A stretch of DNA of 64,000 nt from an archaeon (GTDB lineage: Archaea; Micrarchaeota; Micrarchaeia; Anstonellales; Bilamarchaeaceae): the NCBI GenBank assembly GCA_020053355.1, contig JAGVNI010000019.1:7707-71706 (forward strand). The letters run 5' to 3'. The notes beneath the pieces are model-generated. The model was given only the letters and a program-made list of their open reading frames with translations, was not told the DNA's origin and searched no databases. Below are positions 52,738 through 62,146 of the stretch, piece by piece (the first letter of the stretch is position 1; every line of letters starts with the position of its first letter). The translations under genes and the position numbers were made by a program.

Positions 52738-53478
52738 ATGCAAATACGTCCCAGGGATGAAATGAGACTTCGGAATAAGCCGGATGATAAGTTGGGCAGG
52801 TCCGGAAAGAAAGACAGCCGTTTTGTTATGCCGCTTGCAGAAAGCATCGCAGCCCTGGCCATCTCTGCGGCCATCGGATGCGCGCACACTCAGGAACGGC
52901 TGTACGAGCCGCCGCGGGGGAGCATCGCGCTTTATTCTGTCGAGGATGGAATCCAGCCGGAGCAGGTCAACATCGGCGGCGAATTGAATGCCCTGATACG
53001 GGTGGACATGCGCATCGTCCGCAACGGAGTGGTGAGGGACCTCGCGACGCATGAGGGGAAATTCGGCGAAAGCGGCCTGACATACTGCTGGTTCATTTTC
53101 CAGGCAACGGAAAATGGCCTGAACAACGGGCCTGGTTTCCTGCTTCTTAACCCGAAATATAAGGATGCCGGCCAGCCCAGGTTCATCGGCGCGATATTGG
53201 AGTATCCAGGCAGGGGCGGTGGGACGGTTGCGGCGGTTCTGCCAGTCTGGCATTTCCAAGGCGCTCCTGAGGAATCCGGCTGGATGATGGGCCGGATGCC
53301 AGCTTCGCGCGACGGTCACCTGTTCTATCTGGAGGGGAAGACGTTCATCCCGAAACTGGATGATGCGGCTATTCGGAGGCTGCCCGACTACTGCAAGGAG
53401 ACAACCCTGCCGGAATATGCAGTCGTGGAATTCGGCCCGACGTTCCCGGTTTTGGCCGTCTACCCAAGCCGGGAATAG
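52738..53478 (+). CDS. Lipobox protein, family member C
   Basis: ATG 52738 or 52762. Leader ends AALAISAAIGC. Core TYCWFIFQ...LLLNPKYKDAGQPRFIGAIL is paralogous to member A. Confidence 0.6.
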   Translation: MQIRPRDEMRLRNKPDDKLGRSGKKDSRFVMPLAESIAALAISAAIGCAHTQERLYEPPRGSIALYSVEDGIQPEQVNIGGELNALIRVDMRIVRNGVVRDLATHEGKFGESGLTYCWFIFQATENGLNNGPGFLLLNPKYKDAGQPRFIGAILEYPGRGGGTVAAVLPVWHFQGAPEESGWMMGRMPASRDGHLFYLEGKTFIPKLDDAAIRRLPDYCKETTLPEYAVVEFGPTFPVLAVYPSRE

Positions 53479-53586
53479 GTTAGTTACTCCCCCCTAAGGG
53501 GAAGATATCGGTTATATACTAATTGTGTTAATTTGTGTATATTCTAGCCCTACTCGCGGCATTGCCGTGCAGGGCAGAGGGATACC

Positions 53587-54618
53587 ATGAATCTGGCTTA
53601 CAAGGAACGGGTGTCGAAAGTGGAATCGGCTGCAAGGAAGTTCGCGGTCGCAGGAGCGATTGGCCTTGGCGTCCTCGCGGGCGCAGAACGGGATGCAGCG
53701 GCGCAGACGAGGGTGGCCGCGGAGCCGATATTCGAGCTGATGCCAGTCCATGTGCTAGGATACCAAAGCTCGCGGTCGGTCGAAGCCGGCCCGGGCAAGT
53801 TCATATTCAACGCTACGGCCGCAAGGCCGCTGAAATCCGAGGCCTGGATGGGCCTCGCCCTCGGCCAGAAAAGCAGGAGCTCGATAAGTATCGGCGCTTC
53901 CTATGAAACGTTCTATGGCTTCGGCTCATATTCCGGCCCTGCGCCAATCAGAACTCCAATGTATGATTATTCCGGGCATTCTATCGGCGCCGGCGCAATC
54001 CTGAGGACAAAATTCGGGGACGAGGGGACGGCGCCCGAGCTGACGGCGTATGGAAGCGCCGCGTATCGGGCATATGAGGCGGTCCTTACAGGAAGCAGGG
54101 GAATGAACGGGGATGACGCGTCTGCGCTGTATAAGGGCTGGGGGCTTGGACAGGGCGGAATCGAGCTGGCGCTGCCTTCCTCGGCAAGGTTCAGCATCCG
54201 CAGGCTCGGGGCAGGAATCGTATCCGACCCGAGAAACGCATTCGTATTTGCCAGCCTGAGCGCGGCGATGTTGCGCGGGTCGCCAATCATGCTGAGAAGC
54301 ACGCTATCTCCGAATTTGTCGCTGATGCATGGCCAAGCCGGGGCAGGAGCGGATATCCGCCCGTTTGAAGTGATTTACCAGGCTGGCAAGCATCCGGAAA
54401 ACATGAAGCAACTCATCGCCGCCCCGGGCCTGAAATACGCGTATTCGCCGGAGAGCCACATGTTTGCGGCATATGGAAGCGCCACGTATTCCCTGCAGCG
54501 GATGGCGGGCGTTTCAGCGGACTTGTCGGCCCAGGCCGGGTATATGTTCTGCTCGGGGAGCGAAAAAACCGTCCCGAACACGATGTTCGGCGCATTGTCA
54601 TTGGGCCTGACATTCTGA
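53587..54618 (+). CDS. Secreted Gly/aromatic-rich protein with beta-barrel (bacterial-OMP-like) sequence character
   Basis: 343 aa. Signal-like FAVAGAIGLGVLAGA. Alternating-hydrophobicity strands (AYGSAAYRAY, GAGAILRTKF, FAAYGSATYSL). C-terminus ALSLGLTF ends in Phe with hydrophobic residues at -1, -3, -5, -7. Confidence 0.5.
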   Translation: MNLAYKERVSKVESAARKFAVAGAIGLGVLAGAERDAAAQTRVAAEPIFELMPVHVLGYQSSRSVEAGPGKFIFNATAARPLKSEAWMGLALGQKSRSSISIGASYETFYGFGSYSGPAPIRTPMYDYSGHSIGAGAILRTKFGDEGTAPELTAYGSAAYRAYEAVLTGSRGMNGDDASALYKGWGLGQGGIELALPSSARFSIRRLGAGIVSDPRNAFVFASLSAAMLRGSPIMLRSTLSPNLSLMHGQAGAGADIRPFEVIYQAGKHPENMKQLIAAPGLKYAYSPESHMFAAYGSATYSLQRMAGVSADLSAQAGYMFCSGSEKTVPNTMFGALSLGLTF

Positions 54619-54661
54619 TTTTTTCCCATTCTTTTTTATCGTTTCTCTGCGATTGAGGTTA

Positions 54662-55621
54662 ATGGACCTGGAAGCGGAGCTTCTCAAATCACTGTCAAAG
54701 GACGATTTCGAGCGCCAGGTCGGGAAAAAAATCGAATCCTTTCACGGCTTCCTCACGCGCGAAGTCGCCATCAGGCTGATTGCAAAGGACATGGGCCTCC
54801 TGAAAACTGAAGAGAAGGCGTATAGGCTCGCCGAAATCCCCAAGGGCGAGAAGCGCATCGCGTTCCAGGCCAACGTGAAAAAAGTCTGGCCCGTGGCGAC
54901 GTATTCCTCCGGGAAGAAGTCGCGCGTGGTGGAAGTGCAGGATGAAACCGGCGCGAAACCGCTGGTGCTCTGGAACGAGGATGTGGAACTGGCGTCGAAA
55001 CTTAGGGCGCGGGACGGACTGACGGTCCGTGGGGCTTATGAGAAGAATGGGGAGCTGCACCTGGGCTACAGCGGAAGCCTCGAGGTCGTGAACAAGGCAG
55101 CTTTCTCCGACTTAGGCGAACTCGCCGAGGGGGAGTCGGTCCACCTTCGCGGCATCGTTTCCCGTGTCGAAGGTTATGACGGATTCGTGCGTGGGACTAA
55201 GACGGTACAGGGGTATGCCTTCGTCATCTCGAACGGGAAAAACGAGCGCCGGTGCATCATCTACGAAGGGATGGGCCGCTCCGGGAGCATCCGTCCCGAA
55301 GATGAGATAATCATCGAGAACGCGGGTGTCAGGAACGGCAACGTGGAAATAGGCGCGGAAAGCCGCATGATGATGCGAAGGAGCAGGGAGATGCTCCTTG
55401 GGGAAGTGACATCGGTCGATTGCGATGGCGAAACGCTCATGGTGCGGGTGGGGGGGAAGGATGCAAAGCTTTCGCGCGATAATGCGATGCGTTTCCTGGG
55501 TGTTGCGGCCGCGGACGACATCTCGCTTTCCACCGTCGTGGGCCTTAAAAAAGAGTCACTATTAAATACAATGATAGCAATCAGGATAGAAGAGAAGAAC
55601 GGGGAGATATTCGTTCGGTGA
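54662..55621 (+). CDS. OB-fold protein (RPA/SSB-like, multiple OB modules)
   Basis: ATG 54662 is preferred over TTG 54653. Repeated OB-like segments (IAFQANVKKVWPV...RVVEVQDETG...LVLWNE and VHLRGIVSRVEG...AFVISNG). Confidence 0.5.
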   Translation: MDLEAELLKSLSKDDFERQVGKKIESFHGFLTREVAIRLIAKDMGLLKTEEKAYRLAEIPKGEKRIAFQANVKKVWPVATYSSGKKSRVVEVQDETGAKPLVLWNEDVELASKLRARDGLTVRGAYEKNGELHLGYSGSLEVVNKAAFSDLGELAEGESVHLRGIVSRVEGYDGFVRGTKTVQGYAFVISNGKNERRCIIYEGMGRSGSIRPEDEIIIENAGVRNGNVEIGAESRMMMRRSREMLLGEVTSVDCDGETLMVRVGGKDAKLSRDNAMRFLGVAAADDISLSTVVGLKKESLLNTMIAIRIEEKNGEIFVR

Positions 55622-55625
55622 GATT

Positions 55626-57785
55626 ATGCCTCCAGTCATGCTGAAAGTCGCTGAAGCCTTCCAGAACGACATAGGCCGCGGCATCGCGCGTGTGGACTCC
55701 AAAGCCAAAAGCGAGCTTGGCGTCTCGACCGGCGACATAATCAAACTGATTGGCAAGAAGGCGGCCCTCGCGATAGTATGGCAGGCGCACCCGGATGATG
55801 AGGGCCTCGACATGATAAGGATGGACGGCATCCTGCGCCAGAACGTCGGTGTCGGCCTCGGCGAGAAGGTGCGCGTCGAGCTCGTCCATGCAAAAGCCGC
55901 GAAGAAGGTCGTGCTAGCACCGTTGCTTAGCCCGCAGGAGAAGGGGAGGTATTCCCTGGGCCTCGACCAGTATGTGAAAAAGAGGCTCATCGGCAAGGCC
56001 TTGCTTAAAGGCAACCTCCTCCCGGTCGGAATCTTCGGGACATCCATCCCGCTTATCGTCGTGCAGGTATTCCCGCAGGGCCCGGTGCTTATTTCGGAGG
56101 AGACCGAGGTCAAGATCAACAAAGAACCAATCAAGGAAATCAAGAACGTCCCGAACATCACATACGACGATGTCGGCGGCCTCAAAGACACCATCCAGAA
56201 GGTCAGGGAGATGATAGAGCTTCCGCTGCGCCATCCTGAGATTTTCGAGCGCCTGGGGATAGACCCGCCGAAAGGCATACTTCTTTACGGCGCCCCGGGG
56301 ACAGGGAAGACGCTGCTCGCCAAAGCCGTCGCGAACGAATCCGACGCCAACTTCTTCTATGTGGGCGGCCCGGAAATCATCAGCAAGTACGTGGGAGAGA
56401 GCGAAGAGAGGCTCCGGAAGCTCTTTGCCGAAGCGCAGGAGAACTCCCCGTCCATCATATTCATCGACGAGATAGACGCCATCGCCCCGAAGAGGGAGGA
56501 GGTCACGGGCGAGGTGGAGAAACGGATGGTGTCGCAGCTGCTGACAACCATGGACGGGCTGAAGGCAAGGGGCGAGGTCATAGTCATCGGCGCGACGAAC
56601 CGGCCGGACTCGATTGACCAGGCTCTTCGGCGGCCCGGGCGTTTCGACCGTGAGATAGAGATAGGCGTTCCGGATAAGAACGACCGGCGCGAAATCCTCA
56701 ACATCCATGTCCGGAACATGCCGCTCGGGAAGGACGTGGACATTCCTGAAATCGCAGGCGTCACGCACGGTTATACCGGGGCGGATTTGAGCCTGCTTTC
56801 CAAAGAGGCCGCAATAAAGGCGCTCCGGCGGGTGCTTCCGATAATCAATATAGAGGAGGAGACCCTCTCGCCTGAAGTCCTTGACAAGATTATCGTCACC
56901 AAGGAGGATTTCTTCAATGCCATGCATGAAATCCAGCCTTCGGCCCTACGCGAAGTCTATGTCGAGAAGCCGAACGTCAGGTGGGACGATATCGGCGGCC
57001 TCGATGAAGTGAAGCGGGAAATCCAGGAGGCTGTCGAGCTTCCGCTCAAGAAGCCCGAGGTATTCGAGAAAATGGGCATACGGACGATCAAGGGCATCCT
57101 GCTCTACGGCCCGCCCGGGACCGGGAAGACGCTTCTTGCCAAAGCCGTCGCAAACGAGACCGAGGCGAATTTCATATCAATCAGCGGGGCGCAGGTGCTT
57201 ACCAAGTACGTCGGCGAATCCGAGAAGATGGTCAGGGAGATATTCAAGAAAGCGCGCATGGCGGCGCCGTGCGTGCTTTTCATAGACGAGATAGACGGCA
57301 TCGCGATGAGGCGCAGCGGCCGGGCCGAATCAGGCACCATGGTGATGGAACGCATCGTGGACACGCTCCTGACCGAAATGGACGGCCTCCGCAGCCTGAA
57401 GAACGTGGTTGTGATAGCCGCAACGAACCGGCCGGACATGCTGGACCCGGCCCTCATGCGCGCCGGGCGCTTTGACCGGCTCGTCGAAATATCGCCGCCG
57501 GACGAGAAGGCGAGGCTGGAGATTTTCAGGATAACGACAGCAAAGATGCCACTTGACAAGGAGGTTGGCCTCAAGGACCTTGCGAAACTGACCGAAGGAT
57601 ACACCGGCGCCGACATCGACAACCTGGTCCGCGAGGCGGGCATGGGCGCGATACGGGATGGCGCGAAGAAGGTCTCTGCGAGGCATTTCGAACTTTCGTT
57701 CAAATCCATCGTGCCAAGCGTGAAGAAGGAGGACGTGGAGAGCGTGCAGAAGTTCAAGACTGCCGCCGCTACGATGTACAGGTGA
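55626..57785 (+). CDS. cdc48: CDC48/VCP-type AAA+ ATPase
   Basis: 719 aa. CDC48 N-domain, two AAA modules with GAPGTGKTLLAKAVA and GPPGTGKTLLAKAVA, Walker B IIFIDEID and VLFIDEID. Confidence 0.95.
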   Translation: MPPVMLKVAEAFQNDIGRGIARVDSKAKSELGVSTGDIIKLIGKKAALAIVWQAHPDDEGLDMIRMDGILRQNVGVGLGEKVRVELVHAKAAKKVVLAPLLSPQEKGRYSLGLDQYVKKRLIGKALLKGNLLPVGIFGTSIPLIVVQVFPQGPVLISEETEVKINKEPIKEIKNVPNITYDDVGGLKDTIQKVREMIELPLRHPEIFERLGIDPPKGILLYGAPGTGKTLLAKAVANESDANFFYVGGPEIISKYVGESEERLRKLFAEAQENSPSIIFIDEIDAIAPKREEVTGEVEKRMVSQLLTTMDGLKARGEVIVIGATNRPDSIDQALRRPGRFDREIEIGVPDKNDRREILNIHVRNMPLGKDVDIPEIAGVTHGYTGADLSLLSKEAAIKALRRVLPIINIEEETLSPEVLDKIIVTKEDFFNAMHEIQPSALREVYVEKPNVRWDDIGGLDEVKREIQEAVELPLKKPEVFEKMGIRTIKGILLYGPPGTGKTLLAKAVANETEANFISISGAQVLTKYVGESEKMVREIFKKARMAAPCVLFIDEIDGIAMRRSGRAESGTMVMERIVDTLLTEMDGLRSLKNVVVIAATNRPDMLDPALMRAGRFDRLVEISPPDEKARLEIFRITTAKMPLDKEVGLKDLAKLTEGYTGADIDNLVREAGMGAIRDGAKKVSARHFELSFKSIVPSVKKEDVESVQKFKTAAATMYR

Positions 57786-57789
57786 ACCG

Positions 57790-58170
57790 ATGCGGGTATT
57801 CCTTTTCTTCAAATTAATCATCGCGGCGCTCTGCATATCGCTCCTGGCGTTCGCCCTGGTCCCTGACGTTTCCCTAATCGGCGCGCTCAAGATAATGGCG
57901 CTCGGGACGGTGATTTCCATCGCGGTGACGGCGTACTACCCTGAGTTCCGGGGGATACGGGCCGGCGATTCGGTTGCCGTAGTGAACGACTCGAACATCC
58001 CGAGCCTGATTGGGAGGCCGGGGACAGCTGCAGCAAACGGGAAGAGGAATCAGCAGATAAAGATAGTCCTTCCAAATGGCAACGAGGTCCTTGGCGTGAT
58101 TGAAAGCTATACGGGGCTTATCAGCCCGCCGAAAATCAGGGTGCTTTACGAAGAGAAACTGGTGGAATGA
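57790..58170 (+). CDS. Membrane protein with small C-terminal beta domain, unknown function
   Basis: 126 aa. Two or three N-terminal TMs. In an operon between cdc48 and the S2P protease (4-nt and 0-nt gaps). Confidence 0.45.
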   Translation: MRVFLFFKLIIAALCISLLAFALVPDVSLIGALKIMALGTVISIAVTAYYPEFRGIRAGDSVAVVNDSNIPSLIGRPGTAAANGKRNQQIKIVLPNGNEVLGVIESYTGLISPPKIRVLYEEKLVE

Positions 58171-58899
58171 GTGTACGGGATATACATCGAGAAGGACGAG
58201 GCGGTGCAGATAGTCATCAGTGTCCTTGCCATCTCGTTCGCCATGGCCATCGTTTTCGCAGGCATGGACGGCATGCTCGGCTACCCCAGGGAGTTCCTCT
58301 TCTTCCTCGCCCCGCTCGTAGTCACTGTCGGAAGCGGGTTCATACTGCACGAGATGGCCCACAAGCTGGTCGCGATATATTACGGGGCGCAGGCACGGTT
58401 CCGGATGTGGACGCAGGGCCTCGTCTTCATGCTGGCGACGTCTTTCTTCGGGATACTCTTTGCAGCGCCGGGCGCGGTGTACATCTATTCGGACAGGATA
58501 AGCAGGAGGGAGAACGGCATCATATCGATTGCCGGGCCGGCCCTGAATGTCGCTATCGCGTTCTTCTTCCTGGCACTCCAGGAATTGGCGCCGATAGGGC
58601 AGTTCTTCAGCTTCCTCCTGATGCCAGGGGTGGATTTCTCGCCTTACGGAATCAGTGCCGGCACCCTGCACGTGTGGAAGTTCGGCGCGGCGATGAACAT
58701 CATGCTGGCGCTTTTCAACATGATACCCGCTTTCCCCCTTGACGGCAGCAAGGTCTTTGCCTGGAACAAGCTGATATGGATTGGCGCGGTCATCGCCCTG
58801 CTGGTTCTCGGAGCATGGGCAATAAACCCCATGATTGTGATTAGCTGGGGCTTCATGCTGCTCCTGTTTGGAATCCTTTCCAAGCTCCTTTTCGGTTGA
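58171..58899 (+). CDS. Site-2 protease family (M50) intramembrane metalloprotease
   Basis: GTG start directly after the preceding stop. HEMAHKLVA (HExxH) and NMIPAFPLDGSKV (NxxPxxxLDG). Confidence 0.85.
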   Translation: MYGIYIEKDEAVQIVISVLAISFAMAIVFAGMDGMLGYPREFLFFLAPLVVTVGSGFILHEMAHKLVAIYYGAQARFRMWTQGLVFMLATSFFGILFAAPGAVYIYSDRISRRENGIISIAGPALNVAIAFFFLALQELAPIGQFFSFLLMPGVDFSPYGISAGTLHVWKFGAAMNIMLALFNMIPAFPLDGSKVFAWNKLIWIGAVIALLVLGAWAINPMIVISWGFMLLLFGILSKLLFG

Positions 58900-58903
58900 T
58901 ATC

Positions 58904-59464
58904 ATGCGCGGTGCCGAAGCCATCCTGACGAAAAAACGCCTTCTTGGCAGGGATTGCGTGGTCAAGGCCAGGATGATGAAGCCATATCGAGTTAAAGAGC
59001 TGGATTGCCAGCTCCGGGCCGAGCGGACGCGGGGGGAGGCAAGGCTTCTGCACAAGGCGAAACTCGCAGGCGTGCCCTGTCCCACGGTCCTTGAACTGGA
59101 CGAGTATTCGATAACCATGGAGTTCGTGGATGGGGATAGGCCAGGGATGGATTTGTTGGAGTGCCGGGAAGCGGGCCGGCTCCTCGCCCGCCTTCATGCG
59201 GCGGACATCATCCACGGCGATTATACGCCTGCAAATCTCATCGCGGGGAAAGGGGCGTCCGGCATGTCGGTGATAGACTTCGGCCTCGGGTTCGTGTCGA
59301 ATGACATCGAGGACAAGGCGGTGGACGTCTTCACGATGCTTAGGGCCCTTGACAAAAAAGAGCTGAAGGACGCGTTCATCGAAGGATACCGGGAGTATGA
59401 GAAGGAAAAGGCGGTCCTTGCGCGCGTAAAAGACGTGGAAAAAAGGGTAAGATACGCGGTCTGA
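58904..59464 (+). CDS. bud32: Bud32/PRPK-type Kae1-associated kinase
   Basis: MRGAEAILTK... and IIHGDYTPANLI...VIDFGLG are RIO-like kinase motifs. Size about 186 aa. Confidence 0.8.
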   Translation: MRGAEAILTKKRLLGRDCVVKARMMKPYRVKELDCQLRAERTRGEARLLHKAKLAGVPCPTVLELDEYSITMEFVDGDRPGMDLLECREAGRLLARLHAADIIHGDYTPANLIAGKGASGMSVIDFGLGFVSNDIEDKAVDVFTMLRALDKKELKDAFIEGYREYEKEKAVLARVKDVEKRVRYAV

Positions 59465-59466
59465 GG

Positions 59467-59991
59467 CTAGCAGAAGTCCTCGCAGTATCTGTCGCACCAG
59501 CTGCGGTAAGACTCATTGACGATGCGGGAGCACAAATCGCACTTGCCGACCCTCCCGGGGCTGCAGGAGCCGATTTCGAAGAAACAGCCATCGCTGGCTT
59601 CGCTGACGGACAGGTTTTCGCAGTATGTCTCGTTATAGCCCGAAGCATATGCGACACATCCGCCATACGACCTTCCGCCCTGGCGGCAGCGCGAAGGGTC
59701 GTGGTTGGCCATTGCGACATAGTTATAGCAGTCGTTCCTCACATCGCCGGTTCTGAGCGTAAAATTGATCTCTTCACAGATTGAGGAATCGTTTCGAAGT
59801 TCGGCGATGCCCCTTAGGCAATCAGCCCGGGGGAATGCATATCCATAGGTGGAGCCGTTGGAATAATTGAGGGCCATCAATTCCGGCTGTTCCTTGCATC
59901 CGGCAATTTCCTTAGTGACTTCCGCAGAATATGTGCGGAGGCAGCCAAACATGATGAAAACCGCTAAACAGACAAGCAGGAACTTGTTCAT
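59467..59991 (-). CDS. Cys-rich lipobox secreted protein
   Basis: 174 aa. MNKFLLVCLAVFIMFGC, with many Cys spread along the mature part. Confidence 0.55.
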   Translation of the reverse strand: MNKFLLVCLAVFIMFGCLRTYSAEVTKEIAGCKEQPELMALNYSNGSTYGYAFPRADCLRGIAELRNDSSICEEINFTLRTGDVRNDCYNYVAMANHDPSRCRQGGRSYGGCVAYASGYNETYCENLSVSEASDGCFFEIGSCSPGRVGKCDLCSRIVNESYRSWCDRYCEDFC

Positions 59992-60097
59992 ATTTTACCT
60001 GTGGCTATGAAGGATTAAAAGATTAGGTGACCAGTGCCTCTTTCGCTGCTTTTATTAATCGTTCTGCTCTTCATTAGGTGTATTTAAGCGTGATAAT

Positions 60098-60832
60098 ATG
60101 GACGAAAAGGTGAAGACTGCCATCGTGAAGGCGGCGCAGGCATCCGGCACGTTCCTCAGGGATTCATCCGGCTCGAAAAAGACGGCGTACGAATTGGAAA
60201 AACGAGCCCGCGACATCATGCTAAGGGAACTGAGAGCCGCGCTGCCGCAAATGAGCGTCTGGGGTGAGGGCAGGGAGAATGGCTGCTCCGTGACGATATG
60301 CCCCCTGGATGCCCATATGAATTACTTCCGTGGCATAGGGCCATATGGCGCAATGGCCGCATATATCGAACGGGGGGAGCCTGTTTTCGGAGCCGTGTAC
60401 CTCCCTGAGACCGACGAGCTGCTTACGGCAGAGAGGGAGAAGGGCGCGAGGCTGAATGGAAGGAAGACCGAATCCGCAGGAAAGGCCGACCTCTCCAGGG
60501 CGGTTGTCTGCTGCGAATGCAACGTCTACGACGAGCAGATGGCGCCCCTAAGCATGGGCGCCATAGAGGCCCTTGCCAGAAACGCGGTCGTCTGGAGGAA
60601 TCTCGGCTCACCCGCAGCGGAATTCCTCTGGCTGGCAACGGGAAGGATAGACGGGCTGGTAGCCCCGATGCTTGAAAGCGCCCATGCCGCAGGCTATCTT
60701 GCGATGCAGGAGGCCGGGGCGAAGGTCACGGACAAGGAGGGGAACCCGTTCTCGCTCCGTTCGGCAAGTATAATTGCTGCGAATTCGAAATTGCACCAAG
60801 ACCTCTTTGACCTCGTGCGGGATTCGCTATAG
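60098..60832 (+). CDS. Inositol monophosphatase-fold protein with degenerate metal-binding motifs
   Basis: 244 aa. IMPase-like order (WGEGRENG, ICPLDAHMNYFRG, WRNLGSPAAEFLWLATGRIDG, SAHAAGYLAMQEAGA), but DPxDGT and WD positions are substituted. Confidence 0.6.
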   Translation: MDEKVKTAIVKAAQASGTFLRDSSGSKKTAYELEKRARDIMLRELRAALPQMSVWGEGRENGCSVTICPLDAHMNYFRGIGPYGAMAAYIERGEPVFGAVYLPETDELLTAEREKGARLNGRKTESAGKADLSRAVVCCECNVYDEQMAPLSMGAIEALARNAVVWRNLGSPAAEFLWLATGRIDGLVAPMLESAHAAGYLAMQEAGAKVTDKEGNPFSLRSASIIAANSKLHQDLFDLVRDSL

Positions 60833-62026
60833 GGTTCCTGCCGCGTCTGCTGGAGGCGCACCCAATGCCTCCTTCAACCCCGTAAGCACCTTTTCGAAGA
60901 ATCCCAGGGGGATTGTTTTTCCGGTTTTAGGGGGGCATGGGATGTTCATCATGCCGCCGAACCGATTCAGGTTCTCGCTTTGCGCCCATATTTCGGCAAG
61001 GCTCTGGTTCTTGAGGTCGCCCTGAATGCTCACATCGTCACCGGGACACCTTAAGGCCAACCCGTCCCGCCGAACGAACATGCCATGCCCGACCTGCTGG
61101 CAGGGGCGTACGCCTACGTACGGGCTCACCCCGTCGCGCTCGACATCCCCGAGCGTGTATATGCCGTTTTGGATTGCCCAGGCGTTTATCTTCACATACA
61201 AACGCACCAGCTCCGCTTCGCTCGGGTTGATGGAGTTGAAGACCGAGGCTTCCCTGCAGGAGCCTGAAACCATCGTAGGCGAGGAGATGATGTACATGTG
61301 CCTCCGTCTGGCCCATACGTGGAGGTCGAAAATCTCGTCGTAGTTGCTTCGCAGGATGGGGTTCACGATAAGCGAGAGCCGGGTCGGCTCCCCAGGAACG
61401 AATTCGTTGAAGCCGATGGAAGCAAGCAGTTCCATGGCGCGGTTGCGGACATCCGGATAAGTGCTCCGCCCCACAATCATGGCCTGCGTCGCGGGGTGGA
61501 ATGAATTCGCACCGAAGAGGATAGTGGCGCCAAAATCGTCCCTCAGCCTAATCGCAAGTTCCCCAGGGGTCAAACCGTGCACAGATTTCGAGATGCGCTC
61601 ATCCCCGAGGGCGGTCGCTTTGGTGAATATTAGCGGCGTGATGTCCCTTTTCGCCAGGAAATCGAGGAAATGCAGCAATGTCCGGTCTTCAAGCGGCTCG
61701 CCCGGGCCGATAATCTTAATCGAGCGCAGGCCGAGGGATTTGCCATCCTCCACAACGCGCAGTACCTGCGAATCGGTCATCAGCATGTGCCGGTTTTTCA
61801 GGAGCTTGGCTGTGGGGTTGAAGCAGTGGGCGCATCTCAGGCTGCAGCTTGCGCTGCCAGTCATGTCCAGGTCCATCGAAAGCATCCGCCCATCCCGCGC
61901 CGCTTCCGTAAGCACGGATTGGGGGAAGTTCCATCCTTTCACATCATTGACGTGGCCGGTGGGAAAACGGCCGGGAAACATCACATCGACCTTAGGGAAA
62001 ACCAGTATCTTTTGTTGTGGTTGCAT
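60827..62026 (-). CDS. Radical SAM protein
   Basis: 399 aa. SCSLRCAHCF (CxxxCxxC) and a TIM-barrel-like continuation. Additional C-terminal Cys. Confidence 0.8.
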   Translation of the reverse strand: MQPQQKILVFPKVDVMFPGRFPTGHVNDVKGWNFPQSVLTEAARDGRMLSMDLDMTGSASCSLRCAHCFNPTAKLLKNRHMLMTDSQVLRVVEDGKSLGLRSIKIIGPGEPLEDRTLLHFLDFLAKRDITPLIFTKATALGDERISKSVHGLTPGELAIRLRDDFGATILFGANSFHPATQAMIVGRSTYPDVRNRAMELLASIGFNEFVPGEPTRLSLIVNPILRSNYDEIFDLHVWARRRHMYIISSPTMVSGSCREASVFNSINPSEAELVRLYVKINAWAIQNGIYTLGDVERDGVSPYVGVRPCQQVGHGMFVRRDGLALRCPGDDVSIQGDLKNQSLAEIWAQSENLNRFGGMMNIPCPPKTGKTIPLGFFEKVLTGLKEALGAPPADAAGTL

Positions 62027-62146
62027 GAAGGAATTAGTGTAAAAAGTCCGATATTACGCTAATCCTTGCGTGCACAAGTGGTTTGCGTCATTTTCCGACG
62101 TGGCTGGCGCTGGAAGAAGGATGGATGGCGATTGGGCAAACCGGCG

